Shown: positions 38,135-48,295, numbered from the stretch's first letter. The stretch: 64,000 nucleotides of DNA from Planctomycetota bacterium (GCA_965222115.1 CBDCTJ010000007.1:1216001-1280000); one strand, 5' to 3'. Notes: generated by a model from the letters alone, not told the origin. Numbers and translations: made by a program.

Positions 38135-40420
38135 ATGTGCGCGCCCTCGTCTCCCACCCCCTATTCGCTGCGAGGAGGTGGCGAAGAACAACATCAGGCG
38201 CTGGTTGACGTTGCGCTCGACCTGCCGTTGGATCAGCTCTTTACGTATCGCGTGCCCGAAGCCCTGCGCGAACGAGCGAGGCTTGGCCATCGCGTTGTTG
38301 TGCCGTTCCGTGGCCGATCGAAAACGGGTTTTGTGGCCGGTACGCCGCGCCACACCGATCTCAAGCGGGTGCTTGCGCTTTCGTCGGCGCCCGATGCGGT
38401 GCCCACGCTCACCCGTGAATTGCGTTCGTTGGCGGCCTTTATCGCCACGTATTACGGATGCGCGCTTGGCGAAGCCATGGCCGCAATGGTTCCGCGCGGC
38501 GTTCGAACCAAAGGGGGAGCGGCAACGCGATGGCATGTGTCGCTCGTTGCGGACGCTACGGTGGAGGAGGTCGAGGGCACAACGCGTTCCCCTGCCCAAA
38601 TGCGCATTCTGCGCGTGTTGCGTCGTACACCATCGGGTGTTGCACTTGCCGAACTCTGCCGCCGCGCGAACGTGTCGCAGAGTCCTGTGCGTACGTTGGA
38701 ACGCGCTGGCGTACTCAAACGCGAGAAGCGCGCCGTTTCGAGTATCGAATCCGACTCGCTTGCAGTAGACGCCGACGCATCGTCGCGTGAAGGACCAGCG
38801 AAAGCGCACGAACTCACGCATTACCAGTCACAGGCGCTGGCGGCGTTGCTTGCTGCCGTCCAGCGTGAAACGTATACCCCGTTTCTTCTATTTGGTGTTA
38901 CGGGATCCGGCAAAACAGAAGTGTACCTACGTGCGATTCGAGCCTGTGTGGATGCAGGGCGCCAAGCCATCGTCCTTGTTCCTGAGATTGCACTCACGCC
39001 ACAAACCGTGCGCCGATTTCGTGCGCGATTTGAATCGGTGACCGTGTTGCATAGCGGCATGACCGAGGCCGCCCGTGGTCGTGCGTGGCGTCACGTGCAA
39101 GAAGGTAAGGCCGACGTCGTTATCGGTCCGCGAAGTGCCGTATTTGCGCCGCTGCCGCGCCTTGGACTTGTCGTCGTGGACGAAGAGCACGAGACCACGT
39201 TCAAGCAACAGAACACACCGCGCTATCACGCTCGCGATGTAGCGTTGGTGCGTGCGCGAGCGTGCGGAGCGGTGGTGATATTGGGCACCGCAACGCCCTC
39301 GCTCGAGTCCTATCGCAACGCCCGGGAGGGGAAGTACGAACTCCTGACGCTGCCCGAGCGTGTGGCGGGTCGTTCCCTGCCCGTTGCCAAAGTGATCGAT
39401 TTGAAGGATCGCGACGAGCGACCGCCGCGTCACTCCAACTTCTCTCGCAGCCTTCGCCTTCGCATGGCGGAGGCGCTGCGCATGGATTCGCAGATTATCC
39501 TCTTCCAGAATCGACGCGGGTTTGCCACAAGCGTGTCCTGTATGCGTTGCGGCCACGTGGTGGCGTGTCCGCACTGTGACCTCTCGCTTACGTTTCACAA
39601 GGCCGATCGTGTTGCGCTATGTCATCTCTGTGGCTTCGAAAAACCCATACCGCCTGCATGCCCCGATTGCGCGCTGCCGCGGTTGAACTTTCAAGGCACA
39701 GGCACACAAACCGTTGAGAACGAGTTGGCGGTGTTGTTCCCTGATGCGCGTGTGGCGCGCATGGACTCCGACACCATGACTACGCGCGGCGCCTACGAAG
39801 CGGTGTTGAGCAAGTTTGGTGCGCGCGAGATCGACGTTCTTGTGGGCACGCAGATGATTGCGAAGGGACTTGACTTTCCCAATGTGTCGTTGGTGGGCAT
39901 TGTGTCCGCCGACACGTCGCTTCACTTGCCCGACTTTCGCGCGAGCGAGCGCACCTTCCAGTTGATTGCGCAGGTTGCGGGACGCGCCGGCAGAGGCGAT
40001 GTTGATGGACGCGTGGTGATACAAACGCGAACGCCCTCGCATCCCGCCATCGCCTTTGCGGCGCGACACGACTACGAACGCTTTGCCGAGCATGAACTCA
40101 AGGATCGAGAACAGTTTCTCTATCCTCCGTTCGCGCGCATGTTGCGCGTGGTCGTCTTAGGGCCGTCCAAGGACAAGACGATGAATCACGCACGTCGTGT
40201 TGCAACCGCGTTGGTGAATGCTGCGACTGCCGACACGATGATCATGGGGCCGGCCTTACCTCCGGTGGCGCGTATTCAAGATCGCCATCGCGCCCACGTA
40301 TTGGTGAAGTCCACTTCGCATCGCGAAGTCGCCAACGCGGTTGCAGCGCTGCGTGCCATGAAACCGACGACGCGCGCCATCGACGTATTGATGGACGTTG
40401 ATCCCCTCGGTCTCACGTAG
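38135..40420 (+). CDS. priA: Primosomal protein N' (replication restart helicase)
   Basis: GVTGSGKTEVY, LVPEIALTPQ, DEEH, four CxxC, GTQMIAKGLDFP, QVAGRAGR. Confidence 0.96.
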   Translation: MCAPSSPTPYSLRGGGEEQHQALVDVALDLPLDQLFTYRVPEALRERARLGHRVVVPFRGRSKTGFVAGTPRHTDLKRVLALSSAPDAVPTLTRELRSLAAFIATYYGCALGEAMAAMVPRGVRTKGGAATRWHVSLVADATVEEVEGTTRSPAQMRILRVLRRTPSGVALAELCRRANVSQSPVRTLERAGVLKREKRAVSSIESDSLAVDADASSREGPAKAHELTHYQSQALAALLAAVQRETYTPFLLFGVTGSGKTEVYLRAIRACVDAGRQAIVLVPEIALTPQTVRRFRARFESVTVLHSGMTEAARGRAWRHVQEGKADVVIGPRSAVFAPLPRLGLVVVDEEHETTFKQQNTPRYHARDVALVRARACGAVVILGTATPSLESYRNAREGKYELLTLPERVAGRSLPVAKVIDLKDRDERPPRHSNFSRSLRLRMAEALRMDSQIILFQNRRGFATSVSCMRCGHVVACPHCDLSLTFHKADRVALCHLCGFEKPIPPACPDCALPRLNFQGTGTQTVENELAVLFPDARVARMDSDTMTTRGAYEAVLSKFGAREIDVLVGTQMIAKGLDFPNVSLVGIVSADTSLHLPDFRASERTFQLIAQVAGRAGRGDVDGRVVIQTRTPSHPAIAFAARHDYERFAEHELKDREQFLYPPFARMLRVVVLGPSKDKTMNHARRVATALVNAATADTMIMGPALPPVARIQDRHRAHVLVKSTSHREVANAVAALRAMKPTTRAIDVLMDVDPLGLT

Positions 40421-40469
40421 CCCGGGCCTGGGCGCGTCATCAGGCGTCGCGTGATCAGGAGTCGCATGA

Positions 40470-40655
40470 TTATGAAAACATGCGCGCCACGAAGTGGATC
40501 AAGAGTCCCACGCAGAGTACGCCGATGGTGAGTGCGCGAAATGTCTGAAAGGCGCCCTGCCAATAGCCCTTTGGATCTTCGGCACCCGAGGCACCGAGGA
40601 CCATCGAAATGGAAATCATGACCGGCACATACCAAATGAGATCGTGAAGCTGCAT
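40470..40655 (-). CDS. Small two-TM membrane protein
   Basis: Two hydrophobic helices; TAATG coupling to the upstream gene. Confidence 0.6.
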   Translation of the reverse strand: MQLHDLIWYVPVMISISMVLGASGAEDPKGYWQGAFQTFRALTIGVLCVGLLIHFVARMFS

Positions 40656-41239
40656 TAGGGCGACTCCGAGGAAGGGGACGGTCCATCGGGTTGCGCAAGG
40701 TCAAGCGCTGCTGCGTCGATTCGACGCTGTTCGGCCGCATCGTACTCCCGCTGCTGTTGCCACGCGTGATGACGTTTCACCATACGATTGTGGTTGAGTA
40801 CGTAGCCCAGCGCGTCGCAGATGGCAACGACATTGAGGAGTCCGGCAATCGGGCAGTAGAGTCGCCCTACGTCAAAGTGGGGATAGAACTGTGTCGCGGG
40901 GCCCTGTTCGGTGAGGTAGAGGATCAGCGCCGTCGGGCCGCCAATCAGCGCGTGTCCAATGAACTCCAAGGCGTACTTATCGGGATTGATGCAAAAGCCG
41001 CCAGTTAGGTAGAGGCCCAACCCAAAGAGCCCGGCAATGGCCACGAACAGATAGAGTCCCTTTCCCGGCTTGCCGACGTAGACGTGACCGAGGCCGGGAA
41101 CCAACCAGCCGAGACCCGCCGCGACAAAAGCCGAGCGACGCCACGGAATCGATCGATTGCCAGCGCTGGAGGGTGGCGAGCCGACCGCAACGTGTTCGCG
41201 AGGGGTGAGGGGCTCGGGATGGACATCGGCGTGTGACAC
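40655..41239 (-). CDS. DUF6677-like membrane protein
   Basis: GWLVPGLGH..G...KG; G.LY..IAGLLN....DA. Confidence 0.7.
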   Translation of the reverse strand: MSHADVHPEPLTPREHVAVGSPPSSAGNRSIPWRRSAFVAAGLGWLVPGLGHVYVGKPGKGLYLFVAIAGLFGLGLYLTGGFCINPDKYALEFIGHALIGGPTALILYLTEQGPATQFYPHFDVGRLYCPIAGLLNVVAICDALGYVLNHNRMVKRHHAWQQQREYDAAEQRRIDAAALDLAQPDGPSPSSESP

Positions 41240-41289
41240 AACAGAAGAATATCGGCTGAGCTAGCACAAAGACCCCCGATAATCAGGGA

Positions 41290-41769
41290 ATGGGCGCCCC
41301 CAAGCATGATTCGCCAGCCGGTTCGTCGGAAGCCACATCGCTGCGTTCGCACCGGACCGACGTTCGGGTGCGCTACGGCGAAGTGGACTCGATGGGTGTT
41401 GCCTACCACGCGCACTACTTGGTGTTTTTCGAAATGGGTCGCACCGAATACCTGCGGTCCATGGGAGCGAGCTATCGCGCCTTTGAGGATGACGGATTCA
41501 TGCTGGTGGTCGTGGACGTGGGCGTGAAATACGAGCGGCCCGCCCACTATGACGATGTGCTGACCGTGCACACCTGGATTGCGAAGGCTGCGGGCGTACG
41601 CATCCGATTTGAGTACACCGTATGGCGCGACGAGACACGGCTCGCGTCCGGGCACACCACGCTCGCCTGCACGACCAAAGCCGGCCGTCCGTGTCGCGTG
41701 CCCGCAGGCATGAAACGATCCATTGCCGACGCATTGCGACTTCAAAGCGCTGAAAGGAGCGGGGCATGA
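41290..41769 (+). CDS. YbgC/FadM-family acyl-CoA thioesterase
   Basis: RVRYGEVDSMGVAYHAHYLVFFEMGRTE; PAHYDD. Confidence 0.9.
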   Translation: MGAPKHDSPAGSSEATSLRSHRTDVRVRYGEVDSMGVAYHAHYLVFFEMGRTEYLRSMGASYRAFEDDGFMLVVVDVGVKYERPAHYDDVLTVHTWIAKAAGVRIRFEYTVWRDETRLASGHTTLACTTKAGRPCRVPAGMKRSIADALRLQSAERSGA

Positions 41770-41849
41770 GTGGCGTCCAAGAACGATGCGATCCCTTCGC
41801 GGGGAGCTTTGTCGCGCGTCATGCGTTGGCGCAGAAAGGCGAGGGTGTC

Positions 41850-42926
41850 ATGTCAACCGGAAAGAGTGCGGGCTGTTCCGAATGGCGATCGGTGGTGCGC
41901 GCGATCCTCGCGTTTGGATTGGTGGCCAGCGCATGCCTCATGTTGACCGCGTGTTCATCTTCTCCGGGCGCGGCCAGCCGCGATAGCGACGATGAACCGG
42001 CAAATGAGGCGCGCAAGGAAAAGAAGGCTCGCAAGATTTCAAAGCTTCCCGCGGGCACCAAGGAGGGCTTTGCCCGACTCGATGAGTTGATTGCGCGATG
42101 GGATGCGGCGCAGTCATCCGGCGATGTCAATGAAGCCGATGTCATCAAGTCGCAGTTGATGACCGAGAGCGATACCCAATTCGACGCACTCGCCACCGCC
42201 GCGGAAGGCGCCAACGGTCGCGCTGCGCAACTACTGGCCGTGAGTGCCCTTGGGTTCAGTTCGCGCCCCGAAGCCACCAAAGTGGTTACGTCCGCACTCG
42301 GCAACAACGACCCTCGAATCGTCGGCAATGCGTTGATTGCCCTCAAGTTGCGCGCTGATCCCACGACGCCATTGGGACCGCTCATGAAATGGATAGAACC
42401 ACGGGCGCCGACGTTGCCGCGTCGCTATGCACCGCTTGCACTTGCCAATGTGATGGAAGCACGCAACAAGAGTGGGTATCCAACCGAAGTTGCGGCCGAG
42501 CGCCAGGCGCTGTTGCGCCTCAACACCGTCGTTGAAGATCGTGATCCGTTCGTTCGCCTCCACGCGGCCAAAGCCTTTGGCGCGCTTCAAAATGTGAGCA
42601 CCCACACGCAACTTAAACAACTCATTCAGGACGAAACGCTTCGTGTTCGTTGGGCGGCGGCTGCCGCCTACGAGCGCAGCGGCGACATTCGCGGCTTTCC
42701 CATGGTGCTTCGCGTTCTCAACGACACCCCCGCCAAGAGCAAACACATCGTGCGCGACGTCTTGGTCACCTATGCCGGCAAGTTGCAGGGTTCGCCACTA
42801 TCCGAGGGCGAAGTTCAAGCCATGGGCGCAGCACCACATGCCTGGGGCCGCTGGTTTAGCAGTCTCAAAGAATCCAAAGGCATCGACCCCAACAGCGAAC
42901 TCGGCGCCGAACTCCGCGGCACCTAG
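41850..42926 (+). CDS. HEAT-repeat lipoprotein
   Basis: LTAC lipobox; D.DP.VR..AA.AL repeats; alternative start at 41766. Confidence 0.75.
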   Translation: MSTGKSAGCSEWRSVVRAILAFGLVASACLMLTACSSSPGAASRDSDDEPANEARKEKKARKISKLPAGTKEGFARLDELIARWDAAQSSGDVNEADVIKSQLMTESDTQFDALATAAEGANGRAAQLLAVSALGFSSRPEATKVVTSALGNNDPRIVGNALIALKLRADPTTPLGPLMKWIEPRAPTLPRRYAPLALANVMEARNKSGYPTEVAAERQALLRLNTVVEDRDPFVRLHAAKAFGALQNVSTHTQLKQLIQDETLRVRWAAAAAYERSGDIRGFPMVLRVLNDTPAKSKHIVRDVLVTYAGKLQGSPLSEGEVQAMGAAPHAWGRWFSSLKESKGIDPNSELGAELRGT

Positions 42927-43034
42927 ACTCGGCGCCCAACAAGTACTTTCAGCGCTGCGCTCAAGAAGCCTTCGATGCGATTCAATCGTGCGAGATTGAG
43001 AACGAGGAGAAGTAGCGCGATCTAGGAGAAGTTC

Positions 43035-43307
43035 ATGAACTCGATCTTCGTCGCGGCGGCCTTATTGATTGCCTGTCATTTCGCGAAACGTCCAGTCTCG
43101 CTTGGCGCTGCGTGGGGGGGCACATCGCTATTGGCACTTGGCTCCTTGCTTCCGATAATTGCAACGGTTAGTAACCACTCGGATGCAGAGAATTTGATTC
43201 TGGTTGGTGGCATTGCCGCGATTCTCGGTTCGTTGATCATATTCGGCGGCGTCGTTAAGGCGCTCGCAGCAAGGCCGAGAACGGCATCGGCCAAACCCAA
43301 GGCATAG
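43035..43307 (+). CDS. Small hydrophobic hypothetical membrane protein
   Basis: AGGAG SD; three hydrophobic segments. Confidence 0.5.
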   Translation: MNSIFVAAALLIACHFAKRPVSLGAAWGGTSLLALGSLLPIIATVSNHSDAENLILVGGIAAILGSLIIFGGVVKALAARPRTASAKPKA

Positions 43308-43330
43308 CAGCTATGGGGGTGGCATAGACA

Positions 43331-43945
43331 TTGTCTGGGCAACACAAGCAGTTTCGTGTTGGCGGACAAAGCAAATTGGCGCGTGATATTCGTGCGTGCA
43401 CGCTTTGCGCGGAGCATCTACCACTTGGCCCTCGCCCCGTTGTGTCATTTCAGAAACGCTCTCGCGTCCTCATCGTGGGTCAAGCACCCGGAACGCGCGT
43501 TCATGCGACGGGGTTACCGTGGAATGACCCCAGTGGCGTGCGCCTTCGTGAATGGATGGGGATCGATGCGACCGACTTTTACGACGCGCGACGTATTGCG
43601 ATTGTCCCCATGGGATTTTGTTATCCGGGACGCGCAGCGCGTGGTGATGCGCCACCGCGTCCCGAATGCGCGGCCACCTGGATGGATTCTGTACGCCAAT
43701 ACCTGAGCCACGTGCAGCTAACGTTGCTTGTTGGTCAATATGCTCAGGCGCACTTCCTAGAAGACAAGCGCAAGCGCACGCTCACAGAGACCGTTCGCGC
43801 GTGGCGTACTTACATGCCGGCCTATTTCGTGCTTCCGCACCCGTCACCGCGCAACAACCTCTGGCTGCGTCGAAACCCATGGTTCACGCGCGACACCGTT
43901 CCAGCGTTACGCCGCGCGGTGGCTCGCGCCCTGGCGGCGGAGTAG
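43331..43945 (+). CDS. Uracil-DNA glycosylase superfamily protein
   Basis: CTLC, GQAPG, PWNDPSG, PMGFCYPG, PPRPEC, LPHPSPRN. Confidence 0.9.
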   Translation: MSGQHKQFRVGGQSKLARDIRACTLCAEHLPLGPRPVVSFQKRSRVLIVGQAPGTRVHATGLPWNDPSGVRLREWMGIDATDFYDARRIAIVPMGFCYPGRAARGDAPPRPECAATWMDSVRQYLSHVQLTLLVGQYAQAHFLEDKRKRTLTETVRAWRTYMPAYFVLPHPSPRNNLWLRRNPWFTRDTVPALRRAVARALAAE

Positions 43946-43975
43946 CACCACCGGCCCGGTGCCGCATGGCGTAGG

Positions 43976-44009
43976 GGGTACATCGGCGTGCCTGGCACCA
44001 TTGTGTATG
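43976..44009 (+). repeat. REP-like palindromic element (third copy) between convergent genes
   Basis: GGGTACATCGGCGTGCCTGGCACCATTGTGTATG matches 941-973. Confidence 0.7.
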
Positions 44010-44016
44010 CGTTGCG

Positions 44017-45186
44017 CTAGGAGGGGTGGGTGCGGAGGTAGCCGAGGCCTGGGATGCGTTTGACCCAGCCTTCGAGTTCCCAGTGGGTGAGGGCGGCGCG
44101 GAGGGTATGGGCGGGAAGATCTGTGCGTGTACACAACACGTCGGCGGTAGCCGCAACGCTGTCGTCGAGGGATCGCCAAAGCGAACCATAGCGATCGACG
44201 TCGGGTGGGGCCGAAACGGCTTGAAGCGACTCCTGATCCTCACCCGGATCGCGACCCAGCGCAGTCAGCACGTCGTGAACGCCTGTGCATAGTGAAGCGG
44301 CGCCCGATTGAAGAAGAGCGTGGCTGCCAACATGTTCGTCGCCGCGAATGCTCCCGGGCACGACCAAGACGTCTCGGCCTGCGTCCAATGCCAAGTGGGC
44401 CGTGATCAGCGCGCCGCTTTTCTTGGGCGCTTCCACGACTACAACGGCGTCAGCCCAGGAGGCCACCAGGCGATTGCGTTCGGGGAAGTGCCATCGTTCG
44501 GGCGTGGTGCCGGGAGGATACTCCGAAACGAATACGCCACTCGTGTGCATGGCGGATCGTAGGTCGCTGTGTGCACGTGGGTAGGGCACGTCGATGCCGC
44601 AACCCAAGACCGCCACGGTAGCGGGTCCCTCCACTTGAACAGAGTCGCGTTGGTCGCTTCCTTGAATGGCGCCTCGATGGGCGGCGCCATCGATTCCCAG
44701 CGCGAATCCGCTAATCACGCACACGCCGTGACGCGCCAAGTCGGACGCAAGTGACTGTGCGACGTCACGCCCGTATCCGCTCGCGCGCCGGGTACCAACA
44801 ATGGCGACGCGTGGAGTGGCAGCGCCGGGTAGCGTGCCCTTAACGTAGAGCGCCAGCGGTGGATCCGTATTGCCTTCAAACAGCCAGTCAGCATCCGTTT
44901 CGTCTTCGGGTGTGACAACGCGTTGACCCATGCGTGCCGCTGATTCACGAACGATGTCCACGTGTACGTCGCGCAAGGCTTCATGAAACTTGCGAGCGCG
45001 GACGTCGCTTACCACGCTCGCAAGTTGGGCCATCGAGGCATGAAGCGTGTCTTGCGGCGAGAGATGGCGGAGCACCGTGCGCTTGGTGCGTAACCCCACG
45101 CCACGCGCAAGTGCGATTTTTAGCCAAGCCGATGATGAAGCGGTCGTGTTCACACTCCTACTTCGCACGACGGGCGGATTGGCCAC
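44017..45186 (-). CDS. dprA: DNA-processing protein DprA
   Basis: DPPLALYVKG, AIVGTR, SGFALGIDGAAH, FPERNR, SGALITA, C-terminal winged helix. Confidence 0.95.
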   Translation of the reverse strand: MANPPVVRSRSVNTTASSSAWLKIALARGVGLRTKRTVLRHLSPQDTLHASMAQLASVVSDVRARKFHEALRDVHVDIVRESAARMGQRVVTPEDETDADWLFEGNTDPPLALYVKGTLPGAATPRVAIVGTRRASGYGRDVAQSLASDLARHGVCVISGFALGIDGAAHRGAIQGSDQRDSVQVEGPATVAVLGCGIDVPYPRAHSDLRSAMHTSGVFVSEYPPGTTPERWHFPERNRLVASWADAVVVVEAPKKSGALITAHLALDAGRDVLVVPGSIRGDEHVGSHALLQSGAASLCTGVHDVLTALGRDPGEDQESLQAVSAPPDVDRYGSLWRSLDDSVAATADVLCTRTDLPAHTLRAALTHWELEGWVKRIPGLGYLRTHPS

Positions 45187-45218
45187 AGGCGTTCGACCGA
45201 TTTGCCAGCCCTCGTCTC

Positions 45219-45256
45219 AAAAATGCGAAGAGCCGCCGGAGATTCCGACGGCTCTT
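45219..45256 (-). terminator. Intrinsic terminator downstream of pilin 1 (extra hairpin at 45271-45294)
   Basis: Minus strand AAGAGCCGTCGGA-ATC-TCCGGCGGCTCTT followed by CGCATTTTT. Confidence 0.7.
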
Positions 45257-45314
45257 GCGATGCTAGAGTTTCGGCCTCGCGGAGGCGAGGCCGAGTTGAG
45301 GTAGCTAGTTAGAA

Positions 45315-45989
45315 CTAGTTGACCTGCTTCCAGATGTTGCCATCTACGCCAGCTTCACCGATGGCGATGACGCCTGTGATTTCACCAGCGACAAGGAAGG
45401 CCGAGTCGTGCGCAGGGCCAGCACCTGTACCCGAGTAGAGGTCGGATTCCGTCGTCGTTACGTCACCGGCTTGGTTCGTGAAGAACGTGCGGTTACCGGA
45501 CTGGTTGTAGTTGACGGGCCACGCGTAGCAGCACCAGGTCGTCTCAGCGAGGTCAGCGTTGATCGCGCCACCGGGTGCGTAACCGGCCTGAGGCTCGGCA
45601 ACACCTGCACCGTTGTCATCGGGAAGGTACATCTGGAAGAAGTACCCGCTACGGCTCACTTCGCCATTGGCGTTGAGCTGACGGAAAGCACCCGAGAGTA
45701 CCGGGGGTACAAGCGGGGCGTCCATACGACCAGCCGCTTCACCGGAGAGCTCAACGAACCCACCGTATTCACCCGTTCCATCGGGCTCGATGTCGTCGTC
45801 AGCCTTGGCGCCCTGCTGGAACTGGGCCTGTGCAGAAACAATGTTGCGAAGCGTCGCAACCGCCGCCGTCTCGTTGGCCGACAAACGGGCCGCCAAGAGG
45901 TTCGGGATAGCGATCGCAGCGATGATGGCGATGATCGCGATCACGATCATCAACTCAATCAGCGTGAAACCAGATTGCTTGCGGTTCAT
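45315..45989 (-). CDS. Type IV pilin (DUF2950-like), probable major pilin
   Basis: MNRKQSG/FTLIELMIVIAIIAIIAAIAIP class III signal; GGAG SD; own terminator. Confidence 0.9.
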   Translation of the reverse strand: MNRKQSGFTLIELMIVIAIIAIIAAIAIPNLLAARLSANETAAVATLRNIVSAQAQFQQGAKADDDIEPDGTGEYGGFVELSGEAAGRMDAPLVPPVLSGAFRQLNANGEVSRSGYFFQMYLPDDNGAGVAEPQAGYAPGGAINADLAETTWCCYAWPVNYNQSGNRTFFTNQAGDVTTTESDLYSGTGAGPAHDSAFLVAGEITGVIAIGEAGVDGNIWKQVN

Positions 45990-46099
45990 AGCTTGAAATA
46001 CTCCGTTAGAACAAACTCGAAAGGAATGTGTGTTAGTGCCCTGCCCGTCGCCGCGTAGATCCGCAGAAACGGACACGGGTTCCTTGCCAGGACGAGGAC

Positions 46100-46127
46100 C
46101 TATCGACGTTGACCCCATGACGCTTGA
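46100..46127 (-). promoter_or_regulatory. Sigma28 (FliA/WhiG)-like promoter for pilin 1
   Basis: TCAAG-N15-GTCGATAG. Confidence 0.55.
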
Positions 46128-46339
46128 GCCCTTGAGTGAGAAATATGACTTTCTAGGCTCAGCTACGAGACGATTTGTGCGTCTGAGATCGCGATAACAA
46201 TGCTGGCGAACGCTAGGTATGAGCCACAGCAAGTCCATTGGCTGCGAATTGTAATCAACCGTTAGATACTGTGTCACACTAGGGTATGCGGCTATTCCAA
46301 GGACGTGGCGCGCCAGTGCCGCTGAAGATGTGTGCTCAA

Positions 46340-47032
46340 TTAGTTGGCTTGGCGCCACGTGTTCCCATCCGCGCCAATGCCTCCGATGGCTACCGAACCC
46401 ATCATCGAGCCTGCGTCAAGATAGGCCGCGTCGAATGGGGGCCCGCCGTTTGGGCCCTGATAACTCGGGTCTTCTGCGAAGAGTACGTCCCCACTTTGAT
46501 TGGTGAAGAACGTACGGTTTCCCGTCTGGTTGTAATTGACGGGCCAGGCGTAACAACACCACGCGCTCTCGGCAGCATTAGCACCGACACTGCCATTGTC
46601 CGCATAGCCCGTGGTGGGCTCGGGAACACCCGCGCCTGCGGGGCTCGGAAGAAACATTCGAAACAGATAACCGCTGCGTGAAATTGCACCGTCACCAGAA
46701 AGAAGGCGGAATTGGCCTGAAAGCACGGGAGGCACTAGTGGTCCATTCATACGCCCTGCGAGCGCGCCGGAGAGTTCCGCAAAGCCACCGTACTCTCCAT
46801 GCCCGTTCGCGTTGGTGTCGGCGTTGCCCCCTTGTTGAAACTGGGCCTGCGCTGAGACAATATTGCGAATAGTGGCGATAGCCGCCGTTTCGTTGGCCGA
46901 GAGCCGTGCGGCCAGCAAATTTGGAATCGCAATTGCCGCAATAATGGCAATGATCGCAATGACGATCATGAGCTCGACGAGCGTAAAGCCGCGTCGATGC
47001 GCGGAACGGTGGAATGCAGTGGGAGTACGCAT
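46340..47032 (-). CDS. Type IV pilin, close paralog of pilin 1
   Basis: RRG/FTLVELMIVIAIIAIIAAIAIP; shared WCCYAWPVNYNQxGNRTFFTNQ; start 47032 or 47041. Confidence 0.9.
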   Translation of the reverse strand: MRTPTAFHRSAHRRGFTLVELMIVIAIIAIIAAIAIPNLLAARLSANETAAIATIRNIVSAQAQFQQGGNADTNANGHGEYGGFAELSGALAGRMNGPLVPPVLSGQFRLLSGDGAISRSGYLFRMFLPSPAGAGVPEPTTGYADNGSVGANAAESAWCCYAWPVNYNQTGNRTFFTNQSGDVLFAEDPSYQGPNGGPPFDAAYLDAGSMMGSVAIGGIGADGNTWRQAN

Positions 47033-47199
47033 GAGGTACATAGGTCTCGCCGTGATGCCGAGCCCTCCACCTTGGGCTGCGACAACCGCCAGACAATGGC
47101 TCCAGAGAGTTGCGAAACGGGGGATCGCGAGCTCACCCAACGCGGAGACGCGGTGTAGCTCACCACCACGCAAACGATCTATGCCGCGTGGCGTGGCGC

Positions 47200-47228
47200 T
47201 TATCGGCCCGATGCGCTTGTTTGCTTAA
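47200..47228 (-). promoter_or_regulatory. Sigma28-like promoter for pilin 2
   Basis: TTAAG-N16-GCCGATAA (consensus -10). Confidence 0.6.
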
Positions 47229-47251
47229 CACTTTTTTTCGAAACAGTGCCG

Positions 47252-48283
47252 CTATCTCAGCTGCTTGTACTCCGCGTATTTGTTCTCGACCTTTGCCGCC
47301 TCGATGGGATTTGCGTCGCGCGCGAGTGTCCAAGACCGTTCGGCGAGATGTTGTTTCCCGCGCTTCAAGAATGCTCGTGTGCAGGAGAGCTGAACGTTGT
47401 AGTCGCGCCCCGCTCGTTTATGAAGCGACTTCCAAATGTCGAGCGATTCACTGGGCGAAACGAAATTTGCCAGCGTCTCGAACACGATGGCGATGGTGCC
47501 CCGTGACGTCCATTCTCGACCACCTGCACGCCGAACGGGGCGACGTTTGAGTGTGTCGGGCGTTGCGTCCACGAATGAGCGCAATGCGCGTTCTGCATCG
47601 GCGCGTTGACCGAGCTTCTCAAGCACGCCCGCGCGCACCACCAACTCCAAACCGTTCAGTGGATCCGTGACGGGTCGAAGCGAGGGTTGGCCAAGGGCAT
47701 CCAAGGCACGTTCAAAGTCGCCTTCCGCCAATCGAACATAGGCGCGTTCGAGCGCAATGGCGTCGAGGCAGGCTGCATCGGAGGTGAGCGCCCGCGCCCG
47801 ATCGAGTGCACTCTCCGCATCCGCGTAGCGCTTCTGACTTCGGAACGCGATTGCGCGCCAACGCTCCACCCGCGACCCAATGTGATCCGCAACTTCGCGG
47901 CCCTCAAACTCCTCGTCAATCACGAATTCGAGCTTGCGTCCTGTAGGATCTTTGGCCAGCAACAGGGGCATGTTCTCGAGAAACTTCGAATCCACTTCGA
48001 TGGCGTGCGCGGCATCCGACTTCTTGCGTGCCTCGAGCATGAGGTAGAGTCCCAGCCCCAAGGCGATACCGAGCGAGTAGAGAATCGCTCGCGCGAGAAC
48101 GGGATGACGCTTGCGCCATGGTTTCTGCGGCGATGTATTGCTCGCCGCACGCGTTTCCTCGGCTGCGTCACGTCCGGCTGCGTCACATTCGAGTACGTCG
48201 TGGCCCACAGTCGCTGCGGCATCATCGCGTTCCAGGGCGGAATCGTCTGGCATGGTTGCAAGTTTCGTCATGGATGACTCCAA
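47252..48283 (-). CDS. Membrane-anchored TPR-like protein
   Basis: Single TM, helical A..AL repeats (start may be 48271). Confidence 0.7.
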   Translation of the reverse strand: MESSMTKLATMPDDSALERDDAAATVGHDVLECDAAGRDAAEETRAASNTSPQKPWRKRHPVLARAILYSLGIALGLGLYLMLEARKKSDAAHAIEVDSKFLENMPLLLAKDPTGRKLEFVIDEEFEGREVADHIGSRVERWRAIAFRSQKRYADAESALDRARALTSDAACLDAIALERAYVRLAEGDFERALDALGQPSLRPVTDPLNGLELVVRAGVLEKLGQRADAERALRSFVDATPDTLKRRPVRRAGGREWTSRGTIAIVFETLANFVSPSESLDIWKSLHKRAGRDYNVQLSCTRAFLKRGKQHLAERSWTLARDANPIEAAKVENKYAEYKQLR

Positions 48284-48295
48284 GAACGCTTGCGA

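Noticed and set aside
41249-41256. GCCGATAT upstream of the DUF6677-like gene as another sigma28 promoter
   Set aside because: No matching -35 element at 15-16-nt spacing
45990-46358. N-terminal extensions in the ORF track (pilins, aguB, cysteine synthase-like gene, pgi, epimerase)
   Set aside because: Conserved domains, SD sites or -10 geometry point to downstream starts
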